Shown: one piece after another, positions 1 to 14,124 of the stretch
How positions within the stretch are numbered: the stretch's first letter is position 1
How the letters are laid out: each line of letters starts with the position of its first letter
DNA from: Pecten maximus
Taxonomy: Eukaryota
Direction of reading: 5' to 3'
NCBI RefSeq assembly: GCF_902652985.1
Contig: NC_047018.1
Coordinates: 39,618,001 to 39,682,000, forward strand
DNA: 64,000 bases
Notes under the pieces: model-generated
The model's database searches: none
What the model saw: the letters and a program-made list of their open reading frames with translations, nothing else
Told to the model about the DNA's origin: nothing
Made by a program: the position numbers and the translations under genes

Positions 1-145
1 AAAATACTGTTTCTTTTGTTAAGAGATTATTTTGATCGATGCAAATCACACTTTGTTTAGAGAGTATTTGACCGATGATAATAACACATCTATTTAGAGA
101 TTATTTGATCAAAGATGATTACAACAAACCAAAATTCCCAAATAA

Positions 146-1035
146 GATCTTCATCTCCCTAACTACAAACCTATTTCTCATTAGAAAAATCTCAATCTCC
201 CTACCTACAAACCTACTTCTCATTAGAAAAATCTCAATCTCCCTAACTACAAACCTACTTCTCATTATAAAAATCTCAATCTCCCTACCTACAAACTTAC
301 TTCTCATTATAAAAATCTCAATCTCCCTACCTACAAACTTACTTCTCATTAGAAAATCTCAATCTCCCTACCTACAAACCTACTTCTCATTAGAAAAATC
401 TCAATCTCCCTACCTACAAACCTACTTCTCACTAGAAAATCTCAATCTCCCTACCTACAAATCTACTTCTCATTAGAAAAATCTCAATCTCCCTACCTAC
501 AAACCTACTTCTCATTAGAAAAATCTCAATCTCCCTACCTACAAACCTACTTCTCACTATAAAAATCTCAATCTCCCTACCTACAAACCTACTTCTCACT
601 AGAAAATCTCAATCTCCCTACCTACAAACCTACTTCTCATTAGAAAAATCTCAATCTCCCTACCTACAAACTTACTTCTCACTAGAAAAATCTCAATCTC
701 CCTACCTACAAACTTACTTCTCGATCATTAGAAAAATCTCAATCTCCCTACCTACAAACCTAATTCTCACTAGAAAAATCTCAATCTCCCTACCTACAAA
801 CCTACTTCTCACTAGAAAATCTCAATCTCCCTACCTACAAACTTACTTCTCATTAGAAAAATCTCAGTCTCCCTACCTACAAACCTACTTCTCACTAGAA
901 AATCTCAATCTCCCTACCTACAAACCTACTTCTCACTATAAAAATCTCAATCTCCCTACCTACAAACCTACTTCTCACTATAAAAACCTCAGTCTCCCTA
1001 CCTTAAAACCTACTTTTCACTAGAAAAATCTCCAT
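146..1035. repeat. Minisatellite, 41-42 bp unit (AAAAATCTCAATCTCCCTACCTACAAACCTACTTCTCATTAG)
   Basis: About 21 tandem copies visible directly. Confidence 0.95.
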
Positions 1036-1499
1036 CTAGATAATTTCAGTATTATGGCGATTTAATGGTGTTGATATGTCCTGTTTATAGTTTAACTTAG
1101 GAAATGTCCCTACAAACACATTTTAATTGCTTCCCCTGTATAGCGACAATTGACAAGTTTTTTCACCATGGAGACAATATTTTGACATCAGGTACAATAG
1201 CATGACATATAGATGATGTCACAAACTGTCACAATAGTGACACTGGTCTTTGGGCTCATTTGCATATTTATCATACATATTATACTGTATAACTGGTATT
1301 ATTCATAAGGTGTTAAATTTGGCTGTATTTGGTTCTCACTAAGAAAAGCATGAAAATAAATTCTAAACCATGGAGTTATGGTAATATGTTATATACATGT
1401 GTATGTATATATAAACCGAAATGTAAGTTTGGACAAAATTTAATACCCATAAACTAGGTCCGACGAGACAACTGAGAAATATTAGCCATGTGAAACTAA

Positions 1500-1823
<324 letters not shown>

Positions 1824-3428
1824 TAAGTATTGATGTTTATGTTTTCTTTGACCTTTTGAAAGTGACAGAGCTCGAATTTCAACAGACAGAATTGTATTCC
1901 AACTTTTGCTGGTTCCATGTTGAATTGATGGCAACAATGAAAAATATGTCTAGTATAGATGGTTTTTATACATTCGTATGCTTGTGTAAAGGGTTCAAAT
2001 AAATATCTTTAAAATGCTTTTCACTGTAATTTTTATTTCTTTATGAAATATTGGAAAAGGGTATTACTTTAACTGCATGTAAATATCACATTTTATACAA
2101 AACATATTTTTAGTTTGACAGTTATTTTGCTAAAGGCTGTCTTGAAAATGTTCTATGCAATAATTTTGTGACATGTCTTTAGAGGACTGAAAAAAGCTTA
2201 ACGTGAAGCTACTTTGAAATGTATTCCTAGAGCAGAGAAAAGGTCTATTGAAGGATGAAGGTCAATTTCAATAATATTTGTTTTTTGAATTGTCAATTTT
2301 CAATATCATTCTTGTGATTATGTGAAGGTCATGATAATTGAGATTATCGAAAGGTCAAGGTCATCATTAAAAAATTAACTGTTATGGTTATCATTCTTGT
2401 AATTCCATCAAGGTCAGTATTAACTTGACTACGATTTGAGGTCAAAGGTCATCTGAACCTTTCTCGTGATTGGATAAAACAAATCCATTACGAGTGAAGT
2501 ATGAAGATTTGATATGGGAAAGAAGTTGTATAGATATTTTGGGGAAAGGAAACCGATATGGAAGATTGTTCTGGGAATGTCGAGCTGTGTGTTACGTAAT
2601 GGGACGAGTAATTAATGAGAATTGTGATTGGTTAGCGCAGACAATAAGTCGAATCCAATGGTGTACTTGTCCCTTGGAGCCATGCATACAGATATAGTTA
2701 CGTCCAATGGATGAGTCTTCTTATTGGAGCGGCCGACTAAAACACAAGCACTTTGGCTAATAAATGATCCAGTCTATTGCTTTAAAGCAACACGAAGGAG
2801 ATTCTGTGATGAATGGCCAATACGTGGATTACAGAGACTCGGACAAAGCACCGTGTCCAAACACATTTATCATTACCCAAAGTTTGTTGTAATGAAGGAA
2901 ATCTCTCTGGGGTAATACATGGTACACGCCATACAAATTATTGAAAAATATTGAAAATATGACATATTGAATAAATTTTCGTAATGATGTGAAAAATGAT
3001 TTTCCCTTTCCATTTTTCATGTTTATGTGCAGGGAAATGATGCAATTTGTTTTGTGGGTGATTAGTGTGGCAAATTTATTGGTATTTAACATTGTCTTGG
3101 ATTTGGAATAAATGTGCCCAGGGGATCTCGGCCTGAAATCATAAACTATGCTGTCAGCTTAATCCTCATTCCATTTACTGTATTCAGTGAGGCGTCGGCT
3201 GTATTATCATTCTTTTCTCTCGGCAGTACAACTTATTCTAACAGTTTGTGTGGCTTTAAAATAGCGCTTAGCATTGTTAATTTGGCACGTTAAGTTGTCA
3301 TTAATGTTTAAAAATTCAAGTTATAAATTCAGGTGGATTATTGTAGAAATATTTAGCGCACTGTAGAAAATATGTATCTGATTATAGGATATTGATAAAT
3401 TATTACAGTCCAATAATGTAGATAGCTA

Positions 3429-3593
3429 CAGTCAAACCTGTCTATAAAGGTCACTCAAGAGGACAGAAAGGTGGCCTTTATATACAGGGTTATTAAAAAA
3501 TAGTTAAATCACAAATTGCCTCTGAGATTTTGAACATGTGGTCTTTATAGACAGGCTTTTGTATATACAAGGGTGACCTTTAGGGCTCGGCTG
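3429..3593. mobile_element. Short degenerate MITE, Tc1/mariner-pogo (Tigger)-like
   Basis: TA|CAGTCAAACC ... GGCTCGGCTG|TA imperfect terminal inverted repeats with TA flanks. Internal inverted CCTGTCTATAAAG / CTTTATAGACAGG motifs. Confidence 0.6.
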
Positions 3594-3635
3594 TATTTGT
3601 TGTGTAATACAGGTTTCTGGGTACATTGTTTGTGA

Positions 3636-4835
3636 GACAGCCACTCCCCCACACAACAATCAACACAGCCAGTCCCCCACAACAATCCACATGGCCACTC
3701 CCCGACAACAATCAACACAGCCACTCCCCCACAACAATCCACACAGCCACTCCAACCCCCAATCAACACAGCCACTCCTCCACAACAATCCACACAGCCA
3801 CTCCAACCCCCTCCCCCCCACAACAATCCACACATCCAGTCCCCCACAGTGGATTGTGTGGATTGTTGTGTGGGGGAGTGGCTGTGTGGATTGCTGTGGG
3901 GGAGTGGCTGTGTGGATTGCTGTGTGAGGGAGTGGCTGTGTGGATTGTTCTGTGGGGGAGTGGCCATGTGGATTGTTGTGGTGGACTGGCTGTGTGGATT
4001 GTTGTGTGGGGGACTTGTTGTGGGGGGAGTGGCTGTGTGGTTTGTTGTGGGGGAGTGGCTGTGGATTGTTGTGGGGGGACTGGCTGTGTGGATTGTTGTG
4101 GGGGGACTGGCTGTGTGGATTGTTGTGGGGGGACTGGCTGTGTGGTTTGTTGTGGGGGGAGTGGTTGTGTGGATTGTTGTGGGGGGACTGGCTGTGTGGA
4201 TTGTTGTGGGGGAGTGGACGTGTGGATTGTTCTGTGGGGGACTGGCTATGTGGATTGTTGGGGGGGGGAGTGGCTGTGTGGTTTGTTGTGGGGGAGTGGC
4301 TGTGTGGTTTGTTGTGGGGGGAGTGGCTGTGTGGATTGTTGTTGGGGAGTGGCCATGTGGATTGTTCTGTGGGGGAGTGGCTGTGTGTATTGTTGTGGGG
4401 GAGTGGCCGTGTGGATTGCTGTGTGAGGGAGTGGCTGTATGGATTGTTCTGTGGGGGAGTGGCCATGTTGATTGTTGGGGGGGGGGCTGTGTGGTTTGTT
4501 GTGGGGGAGTGGCTGTGTGGATTGTTGTGGGGGGAGTGGCCATGTGGATTGTTTTGTGGGGGAGTGGCTGTGTGGATTTTTGTGGGGGAGTGGCTGTGTG
4601 GATTGCTGGGTGAGGGAGTGGCTGTATGGATTATTGTGGGGGAGTGGCTGTGTGGTTTGTTGTGTGTGTGTGGGGGGGGGGGGGTGGCTGTGTGGTTTGT
4701 TGTGGGGGAGTGGCTGTGTGGATTATTGTGGGGGAGTGGCTGTGTGGATTGTTGTGGGGGAGTGGCTGTGTGGATTGTTGTGGGGGGGAGTGGCTGTGTG
4801 GATTGTTGTGGGGGGGGGGGGAGTGGCTGTGTGGA
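3636..4835. repeat. G-rich ~25-27 bp minisatellite (GGGGAGTGGCTGTGTGGATTGTTGTG) with an inverted left arm; degenerate copies continue to about 5220
   Basis: 3636-3848 carries the reverse complement (CACACAGCCACTCCCCCACAACAATC) and 3849-4835 the forward unit. Confidence 0.93.
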
Positions 4836-5943
4836 TTAATGTGTACATGTTTATTTGGATTGTAATGTGTGAGAGTGGCTATGTTGATTATTGTGTGCAA
4901 GTGGTCATATGGATTGTTGTGCGGATGACTTGCTATGTGGATTGTTGTGTAACTAGCTGAGTGGATATGTGGATTGTTGTGTGGGTGGGTGGGTGGGTGA
5001 CTATTTAGATTGCTATGTGGCTGAGGTTATGTTCATTGTTAAGTGGCTGAGTTGATTGTTTTGTAACTGAATAGTTATGTGGATTGTTGTTTGGGTAAGT
5101 GACTATTGATTGTTGTTTGGGGATGTTGCTATGTGGATTGCTTTGGTGATATTTTTGTTGTGTTGGGTGAGTGGCTATGTGGATTATTTGGTGGGGGAGT
5201 GGTGTTGTGGGTAGATAGCTTGCCAATTGAATGGTAGACAATGGTTTAGATGTCTATTTGCACCCCCAGAAGGTGTTGATGAGGAGGGGAAGCCAGTGTA
5301 GTGATTTATGAATTATCTCTGTATGTTATCCTGGCCACATGGCCGATGTTATGGAGGGGTGTGGTGTTGTGTGATAAACACACATCTGTCCCAATATAAT
5401 GATCTCCTCCGCTATAGATGGCCCCACCCCCTCAACTAACGGTGATGAAAGTCACTAATTGGAGGTCATGTCCCCAATGATAACACACTACATTGCTGCA
5501 CCAAGGCGGCTTGTCTTACCAAACTTTAACACTGGTATAATGTTAGTAATTAATTCTTATGTCAGTCTCTAGTGGATGTGGAAGAATTCTTGTTAAAATG
5601 AAATGAAACCTTATCATATTGAAATAAACAACAGTCGTAAATATCTTAATGACTGATAATTTTAACAGATTGTCACCTTTTATCTACCCTGCGAAAAATT
5701 AAGTGATTTTCACTTTAATACAAAGTATAGATATTTTGTTTGAAGAAGAAAAAAAGTGACAACTATCACTTACCTAAACGAACATTTAACAAGGCAGGTA
5801 GAAAAATATTTTACTAATTACCATTTCTTTACAAATCAAAATGGAAAATCAGGCTTCTTAGCTTTTGTAGTTGACTTCTTGTACCATGAATGTTTCTACA
5901 TTCCGCTCATCATTATAGATCTTAAAGGAAATAATCATTATTA

Positions 5944-6786
5944 CGGTAAACCTCCGGTTAGTTCGAACAAAATTAAATAAATATTGACGAACCTGTTCGA
6001 ATTATTCGAAATTATGCTTCAGAAAATATGCGCGAGTTCGAACTATTCGAGACAATATCGGCGAAAATCTCTGCCGAGTAAAATCATTAGACACAAACAC
6101 ATCCATCGTAAATCTGATACGTAACAACGACGGTCTGAACAATGGCACATTTATAAGTTAGTAAAATGATAGTATTTTATTTAATTCAATATTAATTGAT
6201 CGTTAAATGTTCTTCATTTCGCGATAATTATGATGGTTTTTGCGCGAAGCCGCTCGCGGATCGGGCAATGCTTATACAGTAGCCCCAACACGTTTCATTT
6301 GTGACACAAAAGTTAAACATTTGTACAGTATAATCTTTGCATGATTATATTTTTTATCTGAGAAACTATCAATTTATTATTGTAATAAATGGTCTCTTAA
6401 ATACATCAAAAGCAGTCTTCATAACCTGTTGCGTTTACGAAACCACTACTGTAAAAATAGGCGATATGTGGCATATATTAAATCACAGACGCTCTAATGA
6501 TCACGCATACAATCTTATAACCTAAACGTGCTTGTTGATCAAATTTAAATCTTGTTATTTTTTCTGGGCCGGTCATCGGGGCCGGGTCGTCGCGATCTTT
6601 CAATTGAGTTTGCCGATAAAAAAACCTTACTTTACGTTCTTCATTTGACAAGTTCGAACTATCCGAAATGGTGTCAGTTATAAACAGCCAGAGTTCGAAC
6701 TATTACTAGCTAAAAAATTACTGTTTTTCTAGAAAAAAATGTGTGTTCGAACTATCCGCGTGTTCGAATTAATCGGAGGTTTACCG
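5944..6786. mobile_element. Non-autonomous DNA transposon (MITE), Tc1/mariner-pogo-like
   Basis: TA|CGGTAAACCTCCGGTTAGTTCGAACA ... TGTTCGAATTAATCGGAGGTTTACCG|TA: ~26-bp TIRs with 2 mismatches and a TA target duplication. Subterminal TTCGAA repeats, CpG-rich interior, no transposase ORF. Confidence 0.9.
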
Positions 6787-7164
6787 TACTTTAATTGGAT
6801 TTCAACGCCTGATGACCCCATCTGACACTGTCTAAGCTAAGTTGTTTCCACCATCCAATAATTAATGATTACAAATTTTGCAGACAAAAAAATAAAATAT
6901 GATTAATGTGCAGAGGTGGTCAAAAACAAATATATTAGAGATGACCGGCCAAGTCTGAACGTCCACACTACATTTTTACCCTGTGGCCATTGTGGCGGTC
7001 AGTCGGTAACACTAGCACTCGATGGACAGGAAATATTTCTCTAATTTGATGTTGTTTCTGGACAAATGACCAGAGCTAAAATATCAGACCATTGAGGAAC
7101 ATTAATTTCCTGTTCTATCATTGTAAGACCAGGCCGTTATATTTGTATGTTTTGTTCTCGACAG

Positions 7165-7322
7165 ACAAGGGTACAACATGTGGCGGGATCCGATGAAACC
7201 CACTCAGATTCTGGCCAAGCTCTGTAAAGAAGGAAAAGTGGATGGACCACACTACCAGCCCGGCAAAGTCCGCATTGCCAACCGTATCTTCACCGCCTCC
7301 ATGGACCAAGATTTTGACAACG
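7165..7322 (+). CDS. OTOF: Otoferlin-like coding exon (inter-C2 linker)
   Basis: Acceptor gacag| and donor |gtaac. Translates (I)[52 protein letters not shown]. Phase 2 in, phase 1 out, consistent with neighbours. Confidence 0.95.
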
Positions 7323-7490
7323 GTAACAATTCATTAAAAAAAAACATTGGAGACAATTAGTTTTTGCTAATAAAATATACTATGTTTAAAAAATGTGTTT
7401 CTTTTGAAAAAAGAAAAGGCAAAACAAACAATTTTCAAGGAAATATGTAAATTTTCATAATTTCAAGGTTTTCATAAACAATTCAGAAGT

Positions 7491-7985
7491 AGTCAAACCT
7501 GTCTATAAAGATCACTCAATTGTGCAAATAAAGTTTAACTTTATAAAGAAGTACATATGTAAAATATGGTCTTTATAGACAGGTGTATGTCATATACAGG
7601 TGGCCTTTATATACAATTTTTTGTTATACACAGGCGGCAAATATTTACAATTTTTTGTAGATGACCTTTATAGACAGGTTTTCATTATATACAGGTGACC
7701 TTTATAGACAGGTATTCATTACATACATGTGGCCTTTATAGACAGGTTTTGACTACATACAGGTGGCTTTTATAGACAGGTATTTATTATATGTAGGTGA
7801 CCTTTATTGACAGGTATTCATTATATACATGTGACCTTTATAGACAGGTTTTGTCTACATACAGGTGGCTTTTATAGACTAGACAAGTATTCATTATATA
7901 CAGGTGACCTTTATACACAGGTTTTCATTATATACAGGTGACCTTTATACACAGGTTTTCATTATATACACAGGCAGTCTTTATT
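7491..7985. repeat. MITE-derived tandem array (ATACAGGTGACCTTTATAGACAGGT..., ~34 bp)
   Basis: Starts AGTCAAACCTGTCTATAA like the 3429 MITE, then about 12 tandem copies of its subterminal motif. Confidence 0.75.
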
Positions 7986-10900
7986 GTATGTTTGATTATA
8001 AAGAATTTTCTTCAGGGTATACCTTTCAACAGCTTCATATAAAAATGGTTAGAAAAAGGTGCAGACTTTCCATTGATTGAAATGTGGTTGCGAATTATTT
8101 TGTGGTGTGTGTGTATTTTCCGTAAATGTCACAAGAGAAAGGATATTCCTCCATTTATACGATAATACTGATCACAATCAGTAACATTTGAATTTGGTTA
8201 AATGCTTCATCAACTCTTCTGTAATATTATCCAATATATTCGGCTCTGATCGAGAACAGCATTGTCTGATTAAAATGAGTAATGCCGAGTGTTAACTGAC
8301 ACTCGGAATCTCTCCAGTGGGGTGGACTGGCCAGGCTAAAGTCGGACCAGTGTCGGTAGTAATAGGGACCAGTGTCATTCTGCCACCAGGGAACATCACA
8401 AATATTGAAGACCAGGTTTAAATTGGTAATCGGAGGCCTGGAGCATTGGTACATACCCACCCTGTAGGCATCTGACATTTCTTACCCACCAGCTTGACAT
8501 AATCGTAGCCTGCCACCAGATATATACGCAACTAATTCATACTCACTATTTGACAATCGGGATGAATAAATATGATTAGGATGATTAGATAATTAGGTCG
8601 ACATGTCTGCCGTTCTCGTTGGGCCAGTCCGTTACATTCATTTGGCCATGTTTGGTTGTACTCGGTAGCATGTGAAATTGTATAGGCCAGTACAGGTTGG
8701 GTTTTTTTTTAGGTGAATTGCATTTTGTCGATTTAAAAAATTAAGTCTGTATTGACATGTATGATTAACAAAAAAATATCAGGTGTTGTATTCTGTTGTG
8801 TGTTTATTAGGATTTCAACAGAAAAGTTGAATAAAAATTTATTGGAAGAATCAGATCAGGTAAACAGTGATTAGAATCTAACCCTGGATTAAAACATTAA
8901 AATATTGACAGATGTCAAGGAGATGTTCGTGGTAGGTCGGCAGAGGATAATTATCCAGAAAGATGATTTAGGGAGCTGGTAAAATGAATGTTTGAATTTA
9001 ACTGGACACAAAATAAATCAGAATTAATGTTTGATTTGTCACCCTACAGAATTTTTTTCCACAAAAAAACTAATAAATCGTCTCAAAGCATAATTTAATA
9101 TGAAACTGACTCACTTTCATTCCAAACTGTTACATTTGAAATCTATGTGCTTCTAAAATCTGGCATCCATTCTCAAGTTCAATTTCTTAATTGTGTCGAA
9201 CAGCTCAAATGAATAAGTAAGCTGCTATATTTTGTCAGATATAAATTTTTACAACTAATTTTTCTCGTCCATTTGAAATTTGAAATTTGACATGTATGTA
9301 ATTTAATGAATATTGATTTATTTAATTGTATAGACATAAGTTTAAAGACCATCATGTGTCTAAATAACTGTTGTAGTCTTCAGTACTCTTCAATGGTAAA
9401 GCTGTATGTAAGTGGTGTTGGTAGATTTGTACCTATGTGTAGGAATTGGCCTCTCATACCTGCTTTCTGTTGATCTAGGAATGCTTGTTGTTCATCTTGC
9501 CAATTAAATGACAAGTAATTTCTCCCCTTCCTCCCTCCTGCTCTCCTCTTCCTATCCTCTTTAATCTGCCAACCCCTCCCCGCCCCCGCTACCCCCTCCC
9601 CCTCCCCCATTCCCCCCCACCCCCTTACCTCCCACCCATCTATGTCAGTCGGCTATAATACATTGTGATAGGGGAGCTGTTTTTCTGGCCTAACTTTGAC
9701 TGATAGGTGTTAATTAGATATTAGAGTAAGTAGAGAGACCAGACACTTTATTTTTATAGCTGACCTTTGATGCATGAGTTAGTGCACAGTCTGACCCTGA
9801 AAGGTCAGATTTTCACACCAAAAGGTCAAATATAATTTCACTATATAAATCTTTTCATGTGCTGTTTTTTTTCAAAACTAGTTATAGCTTTGCTTTTAGT
9901 CAAATAGCGATTTGGAATGTGTGCGATATATTGTCACCAACTTTACCAAGAAAATTCATTCACGCAAGATATTGAAAATTGAAAACATTTTCAAATTAAA
10001 TCAAATAGAGTTATCCCCCTTGGGTATTTAGTTAATTGTTTTTTTGAGATATTATAAGAGTTGGATATTTATGACTATTCTCTCCCATCCAGTCTATGAG
10101 ACTTGTTAAATTTATGGGTGTTTTTATTAATATCACCATGTGATATACATCCTCCAGGTCTCCTTAAGCCAACCCAAGCCTGTAATAACTAGGTAAACTT
10201 GATCCTGTTGGAAATCTACGGCTCTAATTGGCCTTAATGGCAGTTGTAATTGTGACTTAATTCCAGCTGGGGGTTGGGACTGATCTCCAGTCTTAGATCA
10301 GAAAGATAAGGTCAATGAGATGGTGTTTGTGTTCCACTTATACTGCTGGCTGTATCTTGGTCGACAAGGCTCTTGTTTCCTTCCTGACTTCATACACTTA
10401 CACCAAACATCTTCATAAGCCTGATTAGCTTAAACAGAAAGTTTCCTTAATCTGTTTTAAATTTGAAATATTTTCTAAGTACCAATTTCTTTAATTATGT
10501 CTATGGATTCAAAATGATCCTTGGAAGACCAGATTTATGATTTTATGTATATAACTTTAAATTGTTTTTAATTTGATGGAGCTTATTTAGCTTTGAACTG
10601 GTATTTTGGTCTTGGTGTGAGATTTGTAACCATCTGTTGTTAGTAACTTGGATAGCCCTGTGCTGATTAGGACTATAGCTTACCTAGATAAGTAAGCAGA
10701 CTATAACATACCTAGATAAGTTAAACAGCCAGTGTGTTTACTAAACTTAACATCAGCTACACAGCCAGGTTATATAATAAACAGATAGATAGGTACTGCT
10801 GATTGAGTGTGATGGGCATGGAGGAGGGAAGGAAGATTGAGGGAGAGATAGAGGTATATGTCCTGTAGGGAATGGGTGGGGGAGGGATGGAGAGATGGGT

Positions 10901-11051
10901 AAGAGGGTTGGGGAGAGGATAGAGGGATGGGTAAGAGAGTTGGGGGGGGGGGGGGGGGGGGGTCCTGTAGTAGGGGGAATGAGTATGGGTTGAGTAAGAG
11001 GATTAAGAGAGAGATGGGGGGGGGGGGGGGGGGGGGAGAGGTCCAGTGTTG

Positions 11052-11435
11052 GTTACTTTTGATTTTGAGGGAGGGATGGGGGGAGGGATGGGTTAGATAC
11101 TTTTGAGATTGAGGGAGGGATGGGGGTAGTCCTGTGTTGGTTACTTTTGAGATTGAGGGAAGGTTGGTTACATTGGAGATTGAGGGAAGGTTGGTTACAT
11201 TGGAGATTGAGGGAAGGTTGGTTACTTTGGAGATTGAGGGAAGGTTGGTTACATTGGAGATTGAGGGAAGGTTGGTTACTTTGGAGATTGAGGGAAGGTT
11301 GGTTACATTGGAGATTGAGGGAAGGTTGGTTACTTTGGAGATTGAGGGAAGGTTGGTTACATTGGAGATTGAGGGAAGGTTGGTTACTTTGGAGATTGAG
11401 GGAAGGTTGGTTACTTTGGAGATTGAGGGAGGGAT
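11052..11435. repeat. 27-bp minisatellite (GGAGATTGAGGGAAGGTTGGTTAC[A/T]TT), preceded by poly-G runs at about 10942-10962 and 11016-11036
   Basis: About 11 near-identical tandem copies with largely alternating A/T variant. Confidence 0.95.
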
Positions 11436-12483
11436 GGGGGAGTAAATAGTTCCCTACCCCTGATATTAAGGATTGGTACAGTCTCTTACTCTGGCTACAC
11501 AGGTTAACCTCCTGGTAACAAAGGACCACATATCAAGGTGTGGTGTCCACTGGCTGGTACATTAAAAGATGGCTGATTGATAAGAATCAATTGTTTAGCT
11601 GGTGATAGAGCTATTTTTATGACCTCACTTTGTTATGACAGCACCTAGAATGATACCAATTAAAACATGGTAATTTGGGAGAAAATGTTATGATAACCTC
11701 ACGACATGGAAACAAAAACTGTCCGGTGATTTAAATGACCAATAAAATCGGCACAGATAGTAAAATTAACATTAGAAAGAAATTGGAACAAAGAAGCCCC
11801 AGACAACCGTGGTCGTAGCTTATTTTGTACAATTATAGCTCTTAAAGGTAAAAAATAAATCATAAAACTGTGTTTTCTGACCTAATGTGATTTTAGCTCA
11901 TTTGGAGTATGATATCATTGTAAAATCTGTAAGTTCTTTGAAAGTATCACTGAACAGATAGTCTGATTATACATATTCTGGTGAGAGAATGAAGTGTCAG
12001 GTGAAATATGAGTGTGTTAATGGGTGATTTCTATGAAAATTAATCCCTTGTGAATTAGAGTAAACAAATAATGAACAGTATTAAGGATCCACCTGCAGAA
12101 CTAAGGATTTATTCTTCTTTGTCTTAAACATTGGCTGAGGGACATGGATTGTTGACCCATTGTAAATTAGAAGATCTTCATCATCAACATTCTCTCCCCA
12201 TGTCTCCCTAGGCAGCACTGGTTAGGTCTTTATCAGAATGCTACAACTCCCTGGCTGTGACGTTTCAGTGTGAGTGCACTTTAAAATTACCTGACCATCT
12301 GTAGACATATCGTCATATGACCTTTGCACTTTCAAATGACCTGCCATCTTGTAGATGTATCTTTCTATGACCTTTGCATTTTAACATGACCCTGCCATCT
12401 GTAGACATATCATATGACCTTTGCACTCAAAGATAAAGGATGGGTTTATTACAGGACAAGGACATAGCATTTGTCTGCAATAT

Positions 12484-12830
12484 ACATGGCTTATTGCCAG
12501 ACATGGGCTTATTGCCAGACATGGCATTATTGCCAGACATGGCGTTATTACCAGACATGGGCTTATTGCCATACATGGGGCTTATTACCAGGCATGGGCT
12601 TATTGCCATATATGGGGCTTATTACCAGGCATGGGGCTTATTGCCATACATTGGGCTTATTGCCATACATGGGGCTTATTACCAGGCATGGGCTTATTGT
12701 CATACATGGGGCTTATTACCAGGCATGGGGCGTATTGCCATACATTGGGCTTATTACCAGGCATTGGGCTTATTGCCAGACATGGGGCTTATTACCAGAT
12801 ATGGAGCTTTTTACCAGACATGGGCTTATG
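12484..12830. repeat. 18-19 bp minisatellite (CATGGGGCTTATT[G/A]CCA..)
   Basis: About 18 tandem copies ending about 65 nt before the 12895 exon. Confidence 0.92.
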
Positions 12831-12857
12831 GCAAAATATACATGGTTCCAGCAGTGA

Positions 12858-13079
<222 letters not shown>

Positions 13080-13998
13080 TAGATTTAAAAAGATTAATAA
13101 ACAATGTTATACTGACTTGTGTGAACATGTTTCAAGGCCTTGGATAGGAAAAAATTAATTTGAAAATAATTAAATGAAATTTAGGAAAATTTGTTCCTAT
13201 TCAATTAAAAACAACTAAAAAGTACTTTTTGATCTGTTAAAATTATCACAGACATTTAAATTTCCTCTATCTCATTTTCCTTTTCATTTTTGTATAATTT
13301 TCAACCTTATGTTTCCTACATCTGATTTTCTTTTCTGCTTTAAATCAAGTGCCAAAAGATAACTTTCACCAAGAGTTGCTCTGGGGTCTCTTTCATTTAT
13401 GTAAAGGGGGAAGGATATTGTAAATATTTCTTTTAGTTTGAAGACATTCTATAATCAAAATCATGTAAATCTTTGTTTTGGATTATGTTTTGAAATGTTA
13501 AATACTCATTTTTATAAAACTTTGTTGAAAAATTGTTAAAATTGCTAGTTAATATGTATTAATATGATTCCGAGCAAACAACGTGTTCCCAGTAACCAAT
13601 ATTGTAAACTATGACACAATTTACAATTATGTGATTCGTCACGATGGGTGTTACATGGACATGTCATAAACTCCTTCTGGATGCCAAATCCCTCCATCGA
13701 GTTGTCACCAAAGTATGGCATGACCAAAGTGTGAACCGTCTTTATAGAACTCTTTTATGGGGACATGAGTAGGTGTTACCTGACGGTGGGGCACATACAC
13801 CCTTAAGGCCACCTGGTCTCTCTAACTCAACAGAACGTAGGTCTCATTACACCAGAAACAAAATAGACAAAACAGAACCAAGCAGATATGTTAAAAGTTT
13901 GGGGCTCTGAACAGCTGTCATAATAACCTGGTGATTTTGATAACATTTTCTGTGCATTAAAAGAGATTTTGTAGAATACTGTTGGTTTTCATCCTTAG

Positions 13999-14124
<126 letters not shown>

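Noticed and set aside
3545-4960. Multiple long Cys/Gly/Trp-rich or Pro/Thr/His-rich ORFs (keratin-associated or mucin-like appearance)
   Set aside because: They are translations of a G-rich minisatellite that is open in many frames on both strands and lies within an otoferlin intron.
8912-8935. Possible 24-nt in-frame microexon (DVKEMFVV)
   Set aside because: No pyrimidine tract, a weak donor, and the flanking exons already align to otoferlin without missing sequence.
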